Shown here one piece after another: positions 1 to 8,580 of a stretch of DNA of 64,000 bases. Positions within the stretch are counted from its first letter, which is position 1. Every line of letters starts with the position of its first letter. This DNA is from a virus. The position numbers were made by a program, and so were the translations under genes. The notes beneath the pieces were generated by a model. That model was not told the origin of the DNA and searched no databases. It was given only the letters and a program-made list of their open reading frames with translations. The DNA lies in IMG/VR virus record IMGVR_UViG_3300025150_000003, positions 32,001 through 96,000 of that record; one strand, 5' to 3'.

Positions 1-207
1 ACTGTTGGGGGTCTGACACTCGGGACAGATGACCTGGAAATCCTCCCATACCAGATCCCCATCCACATCGTGGGTGTAGCGTGGACGGAAATCTCCCTGC
101 CATTTCACGTCCTGGTCGGTGACCCCCAACAGAGCAGAGCACCGGTAGCACTCAACTTGATGCTCCCACTTCGGGGGATTGGGGTTACCTTTCTTCAGGA
201 CCTTCAT
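1..207 (-). CDS. small Zn-ribbon protein (runs off window edge)
   Basis: Hand translation MKVLKKGNPNPPKWEHQVECYRC...VICPECQTPNS; two CxxC pairs; ATG overlaps stop of the 204..431 ORF (ATGA). Confidence 0.6.
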   Translation of the reverse strand, partial: MKVLKKGNPNPPKWEHQVECYRCSALLGVTDQDVKWQGDFRPRYTHDVDGDLVWEDFQVICPECQTPNS

Positions 208-431
208 AGCGTATCTTCGTGGTAGAAGTAGTGGATCCGTACCAAGGCATCTTTCGGAGGCGGGGTGTTCAGCGTTACCTTCCCACGAACCACCTTGAAC
301 TCCTGATAGGTCAGTATCCGGTCGTTGACCCGGACCTCAACGTGAAAAGGTCGGGATCGGCGAAAAATGTGCAGCACCCCAAGAAAGGTGAGCCCACCTA
401 CGATGATCAGGGTGAGGATCAGCTCTGGCAT
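204..431 (-). CDS. small membrane-anchored hypothetical protein
   Basis: N-terminal hydrophobic stretch; co-directional gene packing. Confidence 0.55.
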   Translation of the reverse strand: MPELILTLIIVGGLTFLGVLHIFRRSRPFHVEVRVNDRILTYQEFKVVRGKVTLNTPPPKDALVRIHYFYHEDTL

Positions 432-482
432 GATCAGGCCTTCTTCTGGGCGTGCAATGGGGAGTTCTTGTGGTGATAGGTT

Positions 483-722
483 TTACGAGCCATCGGTCTT
501 GTCCTTTGCAGCGAAATGGGAGGTGATCTCTTCTTCAAGAGAATCGTGCTGCTTCACCAACTCGGAAGCAGCACTGTCCCATCGGATGAAGTGGGCCATC
601 TCGTTGGCAAGGTCTCGCATTCGGGTAAACAGATCTTGAGTCTCACTGTCCATGCCCTTACTACGCAAAGGGTAGGATTTTTGAGCCCTGTTGTTGCCAG
701 TGAATGATGGTGACTTTGTCAC
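483..722 (-). CDS. hypothetical protein
   Basis: ORF fits minus-strand gene run; start uncertain. Confidence 0.4.
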   Translation of the reverse strand: MTKSPSFTGNNRAQKSYPLRSKGMDSETQDLFTRMRDLANEMAHFIRWDSAASELVKQHDSLEEEITSHFAAKDKTDGS

Positions 723-742
723 CGACAGCCAGGTGGTAGGTC

Positions 743-940
743 TTAATGGTCAGGGGAGTCCTCCATTGGAGCTTCGGATCCCTTCCCTTCGATGTCTGCA
801 AGGAAGGGTTCCTTTGCATTCAGGATGAGATGGTGACTGACACCCAGGCATACTCGCTTGGGCTTGCGGAGCACTCCAAAGGACCAGAGGACGGCCCCAA
901 GGATGAGGACAGTGATCAGAACTTCAAGGACGGTTTCCAT
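743..940 (-). CDS. small membrane protein
   Basis: Hydrophobic N-terminal helix; lies downstream of promoter-like motif at 1036-1066. Confidence 0.55.
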   Translation of the reverse strand: METVLEVLITVLILGAVLWSFGVLRKPKRVCLGVSHHLILNAKEPFLADIEGKGSEAPMEDSPDH

Positions 941-1035
941 CAGGCCTCAACCTTCTTCTGGGCGTGGCTCGCCGCGGAAGTCTTCATCCCCGACGCCCCA
1001 ACGCTGGCCACCTGGTGTAGTAGCTTTCTGTGACC

Positions 1036-1066
1036 CTACTACGCGGCAGTAGGCAAAGTTGAGCCC
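1036..1066 (-). promoter_or_regulatory. motif A (GGGCTCAAC-N14-CGTAGTAG), putative phage promoter
   Basis: Exact consensus; one of 14 copies. Confidence 0.75.
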
Positions 1067-1704
1067 TTTGGGATGCAGACCCAGGTCTGTGACTTGTTCC
1101 GATTGTGGATGTCCACGTTGAAGGATCGCTCCAGGTTGTTCTTCAACCAGGCCTCTCGGTGCCAGCGGAACTTCGTCACGTCCACACCCAGCCCCTGCCC
1201 TGCCTGGACGTGGAACACCGTCCGACCGACGTAGGCCGAACCCTCGAAGTACCAGCGGCCACAGAACTTGTAGCCCTTGACCGACCACTTGGGCTTGCGG
1301 AAAGTGTTGAACACCAGTTTCCCACCGGGGGCGAGCAACTTCTTGAGCCAGAGGACGGTGGGGATGTCCCAGTTGAGGTAAGCCGCTGCCTGTCGGATGA
1401 AGATCCGGTCGAAGTAGCCGTGGTAGGCGTGGAGGTCACTGAACACGTCACCGAGGTGGTTGGCATCCCCCTGGATCTGGATGACCTCCGGCTTATAGAG
1501 CAGGCGAGGGTTCAGGTCGAGCAGGGTGAGCGTGGAAGGGTCCGCCTCCATCCTCAGGCACTGTCGAGTGAGGGCACCTTCGCCGCCACAGAGGTCCAGG
1601 ACCTTCATCCCAGGCTCGTACCACCCATACTCCAGCAGGTGGTCCTTCAGGAGCCAGCGGGCGTAGAGCAAGGAGTATTTGTCGGTCGTGCACTTCAGGT
1701 TCAT
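1039..1704 (-). CDS. class I SAM-dependent methyltransferase
   Basis: Motif I VLDLCGGEG, LLDL, QGDA, FDRI, LAPGGKL. Confidence 0.85.
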   Translation of the reverse strand: MNLKCTTDKYSLLYARWLLKDHLLEYGWYEPGMKVLDLCGGEGALTRQCLRMEADPSTLTLLDLNPRLLYKPEVIQIQGDANHLGDVFSDLHAYHGYFDRIFIRQAAAYLNWDIPTVLWLKKLLAPGGKLVFNTFRKPKWSVKGYKFCGRWYFEGSAYVGRTVFHVQAGQGLGVDVTKFRWHREAWLKNNLERSFNVDIHNRNKSQTWVCIPKGSTLPTAA

Positions 1705-2238
1705 CGGAACCTCCGCCCATCGTAGGTGGACAGGTCGAACTGCTGAGGTTCATCCCCGGCCGCCTCCCTCAGAAAAGGAGTGATGTCCCGAAGAGCTTCG
1801 GGTTGGGGTTCTCCCAGAGAACCACCAGAGGTGGGACCGGGACTCGGGAGTCATCAGCTCCATATGGAGCATCACAGTGGGTCTACCCTTGAACTTGCGA
1901 AGTACAGGCTCCCGCAGGACACCCACAACGTCCCCTGGTTGAACTGAGGCCCCTTCCTCGACCAGAGCAGTCACCTCTCCATAGGTGATGACCCCAGACG
2001 GGCCCTCGACAAGGACCGCCTGGGTGTCATTCCACCAAGGGGTGGGGTCAGGTGCACTTGGCCCTGTGAAGCCATCCACTCGGACTACAACCCCTGCCTC
2101 GACGGCCACCACCAAGGTGCCCCGCTCGGCATACAGATCGATGCCCGTGTGAATGTCCTTTGCCCGCACCGTCCCGAAGGACCCTGGGGGATCCGGTAGC
2201 AAGGGCACCTGCCCCTGCAAGGGCCAAACCCAGGTCAT
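1701..2238 (-). CDS. M23 family peptidase (apparent 1-nt frameshift near 1820)
   Basis: HTGIDL (HxxxD) and LHME (HxE variant of HxH); alternative frame after ~1820 gives DITPFL and ends at TGA 1701-1703 overlapping next ATG. Confidence 0.8.
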
Positions 2239-2241
2239 GGG

Positions 2242-2928
2242 TTACAGCCCTGAGGTGGCAGCTTGGTTGACGGCGGCATCCAGTTGAGACTGATGAGCCA
2301 GACTGTGATACTCCAGGGCCAGCACGATGTGGTAGTTGTCCCCTGTCAACCCAATGACGACCTGAGTGCGGTCGGTGGTCCACGAAGCCACCTTCATCAT
2401 ATGGCCGATGGACACCGCCATACCCCAATCCGCGGGGTCGTCCTTGTAGAGGTTGTTCACCCAGATGGTATCCTGCTTGGTGGGGGTGCCATACTTGACC
2501 GTGAGCTTCTCGACCAGGTTGTTGAAGTCCGTGATGAAGGCCGTCTTGTTGGAGTGTTCCTCTGTGATCAGGAATCGGCCCTGGGCGAGTTCGTCCTTGT
2601 AGAAGTAGTAGACAGCCTTGCACTGCAAGCCTGCCACCGTGCAGCTCTCCGCGGAGAACAGGACCACCACGTCCTGAAGGCCAGAGTCCAGGATTTCGCC
2701 GTCCATGCCCACGTCAGCACGGGAGAGCCCCCAGGACGCATTGCGGAAGTCGGGGTTGGCCACGAGGGCCTTTGCCTTCCCCTCAAGAGGGGTGGCGGAC
2801 GTTGCCGCAGCAGCCCCAGTCACGGGAAGGGGGTCAGAGGCCACCGGCTTCTCACAACCCATGAGGGACACGACCAGGAACAGAATCAATGAACGCATGA
2901 TCACACACTCCGCTTTGGTGTAGGACAA
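2242..2928 (-). CDS. putative lipoprotein
   Basis: MRSLILFLVVSLMG-C lipobox-like signal (start probably the second Met). Confidence 0.7.
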   Translation of the reverse strand: MSYTKAECVIMRSLILFLVVSLMGCEKPVASDPLPVTGAAAATSATPLEGKAKALVANPDFRNASWGLSRADVGMDGEILDSGLQDVVVLFSAESCTVAGLQCKAVYYFYKDELAQGRFLITEEHSNKTAFITDFNNLVEKLTVKYGTPTKQDTIWVNNLYKDDPADWGMAVSIGHMMKVASWTTDRTQVVIGLTGDNYHIVLALEYHSLAHQSQLDAAVNQAATSGL

Positions 2929-2937
2929 GTCACGATC

Positions 2938-2968
2938 CCACTACGCACAGGGAGCCCGAGTTGAGCCC
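2938..2968 (-). promoter_or_regulatory. motif A variant (CGTAGTGG)
   Basis: GGGCTCAAC-N14-CGTAGTGG upstream of lipoprotein gene. Confidence 0.7.
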
Positions 2969-3004
2969 CATCGGGGTAGGATGCAAAATCACTGGAGGTG
3001 CCGC

Positions 3005-3916
3005 ATGGCTCGCTTGCAGCTCATCAAAGGCGGAGAGCCCGTGGGGATGGGTCTCGCCGACTACATCTGGCTCGATGACAACGGACTCCTGCTTTTCAAG
3101 AAAAAAAGCATCCTCATCGGCAAGGATGACAAGGGTAACCCCGTCCCCTTGCTAGACCGCTGGACCTACGAGTACGGAGAGCCGGACGACGATCAGACCC
3201 AGACACGGGTCCTGTCCCCCTACTTCTACTTGCCGGATCCCACCCGCCCCCAACCAAACTACCTGGTCCCCTGTGAAGTTCGCGACGCTGAGGATCACTG
3301 TGTCGAGATCAACTGGCGGGCAAAACTCCGTCTGGCCATCGACGATCGGGGCAAGATGACCAACCTTGTCTGGTTCGGTTTCGAGCAAGAGTACCTGCTC
3401 ACTGAGGCCGGGACGAAGGAAGAGGATGGCTACGAGGCTCGCCGGTTCAACACCTCCGAACGTCATCTGGGTGCCTGCTTCGATGCAGGACTCCTCATCC
3501 ACAGTGCATGGAATCCACCGGCTAACAGCCAGCCATGGGACTTCAAGATCGGCTATCGAGGATTCCCGCAAGACCTCGACCCAGACCCACCGAATGCCCT
3601 CATCGTGGCGGACCATCTCATCCTGGCCCGCTACCTGATGGAGAAGATCGGAGGCAGCAAAGGCCTAGTCCCCGAATGGGGGAATCTGAGTATCTTCGTT
3701 TCCACTCCCGCCCTGCGTGAGCCCGGCGGGAACCACCTCGCAGAAGCCACCCGCATGGCAGAGGCTCTCTCGCCCCTGGGCAAGATCAGACACATCCCGC
3801 ACCCCACTCACGGGGGACACCAGTGCCTCCAGGTGAATCGTGACACGCCCCATGACCCCTACAAACTGGCATACGACGTGCTGCTCGCCGTCTGGCCCCT
3901 CGACTCAACGGAGTGA
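3005..3916 (+). CDS. glutamine synthetase type II-like protein (degenerate)
   Basis: ADYIWLD, WFGFEQEYLL, HLGACFDAGL, ADHLILARYLMEK, DPY motifs; GGAGG upstream of ATG 3005. Confidence 0.75.
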   Translation: MARLQLIKGGEPVGMGLADYIWLDDNGLLLFKKKSILIGKDDKGNPVPLLDRWTYEYGEPDDDQTQTRVLSPYFYLPDPTRPQPNYLVPCEVRDAEDHCVEINWRAKLRLAIDDRGKMTNLVWFGFEQEYLLTEAGTKEEDGYEARRFNTSERHLGACFDAGLLIHSAWNPPANSQPWDFKIGYRGFPQDLDPDPPNALIVADHLILARYLMEKIGGSKGLVPEWGNLSIFVSTPALREPGGNHLAEATRMAEALSPLGKIRHIPHPTHGGHQCLQVNRDTPHDPYKLAYDVLLAVWPLDSTE

Positions 3917-3954
3917 TCGTGGAGGTTCTCGACCGTACACACTTCGGTTATGCT

Positions 3955-3975
3955 CCTATGCCCACTTCTAAGTAG
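3955..3975 (+). promoter_or_regulatory. motif B (CCTAT-N11-AGTAG)
   Basis: One of 5 copies with identical spacing, upstream of HNH gene. Confidence 0.5.
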
Positions 3976-3987
3976 GAGGTGGACGCT

Positions 3988-4857
3988 ATGCCACCAAAAG
4001 CCCCGACAGGTCTTCGATGGTGCAAGACCTGTAATGAGTACCGCCCGGTATTAGAATTTGGCAATGCCCTCTCCGCCTACTGCCATCCTCATTGGCTCAT
4101 CTATAACAGGGCCAAATCAGCAAAGATCCGAAAGAACCATCCTGGAAAGGATGCTGAACGGGTCAAGCGCTGGCAAGAAGCTAACCCCGAGAGGGTCCAA
4201 GCCAGGAACAAGGCCTGGGCTGCGGAACAGAAAGCCTTGGGTTACCCTGGTCTCAAGAGTTGGCTTGCAGCAAATCCTGAGAAGGCCAGGAAGTTGTGGC
4301 GTGATAGTGGCCGTAAGTGGAGGGAGGCCAACCCAGAAAAAGCCGCTGCGGCACGACACAGGAAGCGGGCTCGGAAGGCCAGAGCCCCTGGGCAGCACAC
4401 CGGGGTTGAACTCATGGCCCTTCGAGAGCAGTTCTCCGGGTGCTGCATTTATTGCGGTGCCTCCGCCGATACCTGGGACCATGTGCTGTCTCTGTTCCAA
4501 GGTGGAACCAACTTCATCTGGAATATCGTCCCAGCTTGCCGAAGCTGCAACAGCAAGAAGCAGCACACCCCACCAGAAATGTTCTTGAAGGGTAGAGAAA
4601 TCGCCGTGGAAGCTCTTCAATACATCACCTCAGCCCTGCAACAAGGCGAGGCATTGCTAGAGTCCCACAAGTATCGTCGAAACCCTTACGAGAAGGTAGC
4701 CGAGCAAACGCTCTGGGATGCTGCCAAGCAAGTATTTCAGCAGAACGGCAAGGTCACTGAGATAGGACTGGCTTCGACGAGCTTTCATCCGACTACTTTC
4801 CGACGCCGTCTTGGTGGTATGGGTCACATCAACGCTGTACTGGGAGCAAAGACTTGA
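3988..4857 (+). CDS. HNH endonuclease (free-standing homing-type)
   Basis: CIYCG..DHV...GG.N...NIVPACRSCNSKK; N-terminal Zn finger and repeated WxEANPE motifs. Confidence 0.9.
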   Translation: MPPKAPTGLRWCKTCNEYRPVLEFGNALSAYCHPHWLIYNRAKSAKIRKNHPGKDAERVKRWQEANPERVQARNKAWAAEQKALGYPGLKSWLAANPEKARKLWRDSGRKWREANPEKAAAARHRKRARKARAPGQHTGVELMALREQFSGCCIYCGASADTWDHVLSLFQGGTNFIWNIVPACRSCNSKKQHTPPEMFLKGREIAVEALQYITSALQQGEALLESHKYRRNPYEKVAEQTLWDAAKQVFQQNGKVTEIGLASTSFHPTTFRRRLGGMGHINAVLGAKT

Positions 4858-5552
4858 AATGCAAGGTCGTGTCTGTTGTAGGTTTGATAGGCAGTGGCAA
4901 AACGACTCTCTCACGAGAACTCGCACAGGCACTGGGTGCCCTGTGGTTGAGTGAACCGGATGAAAAGGAGGATCGCAATCCTTTCCTCGCAGACTACTAT
5001 GCAGACCCAACACGGTGGGCGTTCTCCCTACAGATCCATATGCTAGGGATGCGACTGCGTCAGCAACTTCATGCTCAGTGGCACGCAATGAATGGGGAAG
5101 GCCATGCAGTGCTGGACTCCTCATACTGGCAAGACACCGCCTTCGCTCGCCTCCAGCTCAAGGGCGGGATGATGACCGAGCGGGAGTTTGGCACCTACTC
5201 CAGCATCTACCACGCCATGACCGCAGGGGTTCTCCTCCCCTCCGTCTGCGTCCGTGTCCTCGCCTCACCCGAAGTCTGTGAACGACGGGTCGCCAAGCGG
5301 ATGGAGCAGGAGACCGGCCGCAAGTGCGAGGAGGCCATCTCCCTCGACTACCTCCGGGGATTGGAGCAGGAGATTGACCACATGGTCAGTGTGCTCCGGG
5401 GTATGGGAGTCCAGGTCCTCGACGTAGCGTGGGATGTCGATCGGGACACCCCGGAGCTGCGGCAGCAGGCCGTGGAAGCTCTGGCCTCCCGCATCACCGC
5501 CCTCAACCCACCGGACCTGTTCCTCGACATGCACCGGAGAGCAATTCTCTGA
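4854..5552 (+). CDS. deoxynucleoside kinase
   Basis: P-loop GLIGSGKTT, EP, RWAFSLQ, DSS (DRS-like), C-terminal ISLDYL. Confidence 0.85.
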   Translation: MKCKVVSVVGLIGSGKTTLSRELAQALGALWLSEPDEKEDRNPFLADYYADPTRWAFSLQIHMLGMRLRQQLHAQWHAMNGEGHAVLDSSYWQDTAFARLQLKGGMMTEREFGTYSSIYHAMTAGVLLPSVCVRVLASPEVCERRVAKRMEQETGRKCEEAISLDYLRGLEQEIDHMVSVLRGMGVQVLDVAWDVDRDTPELRQQAVEALASRITALNPPDLFLDMHRRAIL

Positions 5553-5582
5553 ACCCCCACAGAGTTTTGACCGTTACTCGGG

Positions 5583-5628
5583 AGAAACCCCGAAGCCCTA
5601 GATAGCAAAGGACTTCGGGGTTTCTTTT
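5583..5628 (+). terminator. probable intrinsic terminator
   Basis: 13-bp inverted repeat AGAAACCCCGAAG/CTTCGGGGTTTCT followed by T-run, just after dNK stop. Confidence 0.7.
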
Positions 5629-5784
5629 GTCCGGTTTCAGGGGTCTGGAGGGAGGAAAATGGAGTTCACCTGGTGTGAACTCAGAATCCAGGCCGATTCA
5701 GTGCAAGAAACTCCACTTAGGACCCCACTTAGAGAATCTCGGTGGCGAAGTTTCTGTTTCTAGCCTGCAATAAGGCCCTGTTCG

Positions 5785-5848
5785 CAGATTCTCGGGCATC
5801 ACTTACAGATTCTCGGGCATCACCAGGACCCCGAGAATCTGCAAGTGA
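5785..5848. repeat. direct + inverted repeat cluster in non-coding gap
   Basis: CAGATTCTCGGGCATCAC at 5785-5802 and 5806-5823; 5799-5817 is an 18/19 inverted repeat of 5830-5848. Confidence 0.8.
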
Positions 5849-6002
5849 AGAGGCCAGATCCAATCTGAGAGCGACTGGGACCCCTGACCCATTTGTCCCC
5901 GAACGGGGGGGATCTACCCCAAGAAAGGTAGCCCAGGACTAAGGACCCCCACCACACCCCCCGAAAAACGGGCGGGATGGTTCGAGGGGTTCAACGGGTA
6001 GA

Positions 6003-6554
6003 TCAGGCGATCTTGTTCCCATGACGGTACGGTCGAGTCTGGTTGTAGGCGTGCTTGCGGGCCATCACATCCTGCATGTCGATGCCTGCCCAACCGCAGA
6101 AGTCGAGAATACGGATGATGGCATCAGCCAACTCGACGGGCACCCCTTCGAGCTTGCCGGGCTTGTCCGAGTTCTCGTAGACCTCTGTGTGGCTGTGACC
6201 CGCCCGGTACTCCTCGAACGCCTCGGAGATTTCCGAGTGAAACAGAGCACAGATCTCACCGAAGTTCCGTGGCTTGCCCTCAGCCCACCAGCCTTTGTCC
6301 TTGGCCGTCTGGTGGATGACCTCAGCCCAACCATTGAGGGTCATCGGAGGGGCCTCGCACTCGCAGGGCATCCCACCGAACACGATGGCCCGAGCGCAGT
6401 GCTCAGTGTGACCTCGCTCCATCTCACGGGAGATCTTCTCGGCCTCCAGAGCATTTTGAAGTCGAAGAACCTCGGCAGCGAACCGGATGTTCTCCCTTTC
6501 CAGGTCGGTGATGGAAGGGGTGAGCAGCTCTTGGAATGAGGGCTTGTCGGACAT
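6003..6554 (-). CDS. MazG-like NTP pyrophosphohydrolase
   Basis: ALFHSEISEAFEE and VELADAIIRILD motifs, RPYRHGNK end. Confidence 0.85.
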   Translation of the reverse strand: MSDKPSFQELLTPSITDLERENIRFAAEVLRLQNALEAEKISREMERGHTEHCARAIVFGGMPCECEAPPMTLNGWAEVIHQTAKDKGWWAEGKPRNFGEICALFHSEISEAFEEYRAGHSHTEVYENSDKPGKLEGVPVELADAIIRILDFCGWAGIDMQDVMARKHAYNQTRPYRHGNKIA

Positions 6555-6610
6555 AGGTTCATCCTTCGGGGACAGGGTTGGTTCCTGTTCTACCCTAAGA
6601 TGACCCAGAA

Positions 6611-7153
6611 CTACTCGCCCTTGGCGTTCCAGCAACTCCGGCAGCGAGCTTCATACTGGGACGCCCCTACCTCGACCTGATGCTCTTTTGGACCCTTGTG
6701 GAAGGTCCTGCTGGCAGGCTCACCACAGGAGACACAGACCGCTGAGAGCTTCGTCACATCCTCAGCGATAGCCATCAGGGCAGGGATGGGGCCGAAAAGT
6801 TGCCCGTTCGAGTCCAGGTCCAGCCCGGCTACGATGACTCGAACACCCGAGTTCGCTTTGTCTTCACAGAACTCGATCAAGACCGGGAGGAAGAACTGAG
6901 CCTCGTCGATGCCAATGACATCGAGCCCCTGGGCCATCTTGTTGAGATCCCCGACGTTGTGGCAGGGCTTGGCCACGAACGTCACCCCAGTGTGGCAACC
7001 GATGTTCACGGGGTCATAGCGGTCATCCGAAGCGTGCTTGAACGCCCCTACCCGCTTCTTGGCGATCTGGGCTCGCCGAAGTCGGCGGACCAGCTCCTCG
7101 CTTTTGCCACCGAACATGCAGCCGGTGATGACCTCGATGCGTCCTCTCGACAT
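6611..7153 (-). CDS. tdk: thymidine kinase
   Basis: GCMFGGKSEEL, IDEAQFF, AGLDLD, CxxC...YEARCRSC. Confidence 0.95.
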   Translation of the reverse strand: MSRGRIEVITGCMFGGKSEELVRRLRRAQIAKKRVGAFKHASDDRYDPVNIGCHTGVTFVAKPCHNVGDLNKMAQGLDVIGIDEAQFFLPVLIEFCEDKANSGVRVIVAGLDLDSNGQLFGPIPALMAIAEDVTKLSAVCVSCGEPASRTFHKGPKEHQVEVGASQYEARCRSCWNAKGE

Positions 7154-7191
7154 AGTGACCTCGTACACGGTGAGGGGAGACTTGCTCCATT

Positions 7192-7671
7192 CTACCCGTC
7201 CAGGCACACTCGACGATGGGGGCACGGAGTCGTTGCTGCAAGATACCGTGAGGCAACCCTGTTCGTGGCATCACGAGGGTCAGAGACCAGGGCGACGAGA
7301 TTCTTGCGAACCTGCCGGATCCGCTGGGCGATCTCGGGCATAGGCTTGCCGTCCTCGAAGTCCTCCAACCAGAACCGGGCGTACTCCGCCAGTTCCTCAG
7401 CCGTGTCCCTGTACATCCCAACCGTGTCCAGTCCAGAGGCCTCCTCGGCGAACCCCTCGATGGTCATCAAGTGCTTGCGGATGCAGTCCGGGCAGTGCTT
7501 GTAGGGATGTTGGAGATGATCCTCAAGCAGAAGCATTTGCTTGGCGACTTCGCGCAGGTTGAACCGAGGGTGCAGTAGGGACATCCGCCCACCCGTCTGT
7601 GGAGCATCGCCACAGGCTTGCTTCTGGAACTGGCGGGCCACTAGGCGGCGTTCTGCGTGTCTCGTGTCCAT
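7192..7671 (-). CDS. hypothetical protein
   Basis: Helical ORF with HCPDC; preceded by motif B. Confidence 0.6.
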   Translation of the reverse strand: MDTRHAERRLVARQFQKQACGDAPQTGGRMSLLHPRFNLREVAKQMLLLEDHLQHPYKHCPDCIRKHLMTIEGFAEEASGLDTVGMYRDTAEELAEYARFWLEDFEDGKPMPEIAQRIRQVRKNLVALVSDPRDATNRVASRYLAATTPCPHRRVCLDG

Positions 7672-7690
7672 ACCCTTCCAGGGGCATAGG
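7670..7690 (-). promoter_or_regulatory. motif B variant (CCTAT-N11-GGTAT)
   Basis: Same spacing as other copies. Confidence 0.45.
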
Positions 7691-7700
7691 TGAAAAATTG

Positions 7701-7731
7701 GGGCTCAACTCAGAACCGCCATCCGTAGTAG
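7701..7731 (+). promoter_or_regulatory. motif A upstream of tRNA-like RNA
   Basis: Exact consensus GGGCTCAAC-N14-CGTAGTAG. Confidence 0.75.
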
Positions 7732-7925
7732 GGGTGTGAGAGTAATAGGCAGGCAAGCCTAGCCTGACCGGGATGCCGGTCAGGAGACAAAACGAGAGGA
7801 CTTTTCTCCTGAGATGGTTTGATTCCGCCCCGCCTGGTTGGCTCGCCTTGGACACAAGGCTTACAGGGCAAGTCTCAGGAGAGGGACCTAACGTTCCTGG
7901 TTCGAATCCAGGTGCTCCCACACCC
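7732..7925 (+). ncRNA. tRNA-like structured RNA with giant variable arm
   Basis: Acceptor-like stem 7738-7744/7913-7919, D-like arm 7746-7761, 9-bp hairpin 7763-7784, long helix 7791-7815/7872-7895, canonical T arm CCTGG-TTCGAAT-CCAGG 7896-7912. Confidence 0.7.
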
Positions 7926-7941
7926 TAACCCACGAGAAGGA

Positions 7942-8580
7942 CTAGACGTCCTCGGCCTCGAACCCCTTCTTCGTTCGCTTGACCGTGTAGCCGGCCTTCT
8001 CGGTGGCGTTGACCACCTGCGCAAGGTCCTCAGCACGGCCCTTGGCCTGAGCCATCTCCAGCTCGTGAAGGACTTTCTTCTGCTTGGCGTTGAGCTTCAT
8101 GTTGCCCTGGGCCGTCATCATCCCGGTGTCTTTGTCCTGCCGGCGTGAAGTGAGACCAGTTGCCCCAGGCTTGAGCAGCTTGACAAGGCGGGGGTCCATC
8201 GAGTGCAGGGCGATGTCCCACTGCATATCGAGGAACAATCCTGCCATCACCTCGACCGGCTTGCCATTGTACATGCTGGGCAAGCGCTCCTTACAGAGCG
8301 AGATGCCTGTCCGGGTCTTCAGCTCCAGGTCGAAGAAGAACACTGACATCGGGGCCGTTGGCTTGTTGAACGTGAGCCGGAACTGCACACCAATGCGGTG
8401 ATCACCGATCAGGAACCGGGGACGGTCCAGGGTGCCCCAACCGTGGATGATGAGCTGAATGTCCTCCGCCTCTACGAGACGGTGGATGACTTCTTGCTCA
8501 TCTTCGGACATCGGGACATAGAGACCTCGGCTATTCTTGCCACCGAAGATGTTGGTCCCGTCGATTTTCTTGCTGCTCAT
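7942..8580 (-). CDS. hypothetical protein
   Basis: ATG overlaps upstream stop (ATGA); globular-looking sequence. Confidence 0.7.
   Translation of the reverse strand: MSSKKIDGTNIFGGKNSRGLYVPMSEDEQEVIHRLVEAEDIQLIIHGWGTLDRPRFLIGDHRIGVQFRLTFNKPTAPMSVFFFDLELKTRTGISLCKERLPSMYNGKPVEVMAGLFLDMQWDIALHSMDPRLVKLLKPGATGLTSRRQDKDTGMMTAQGNMKLNAKQKKVLHELEMAQAKGRAEDLAQVVNATEKAGYTVKRTKKGFEAEDV

Noticed and set aside
5742-5942. 66-aa ORF in the repeat-rich gap
   Set aside because: No RBS, sequence driven by the DNA repeats, lies after a terminator
7738-7920. Canonical tRNA or tmRNA
   Set aside because: No 7-nt anticodon loop, ~135 nt between D and T arms, no G3-U70 and no evident tag ORF; kept as tRNA-like ncRNA
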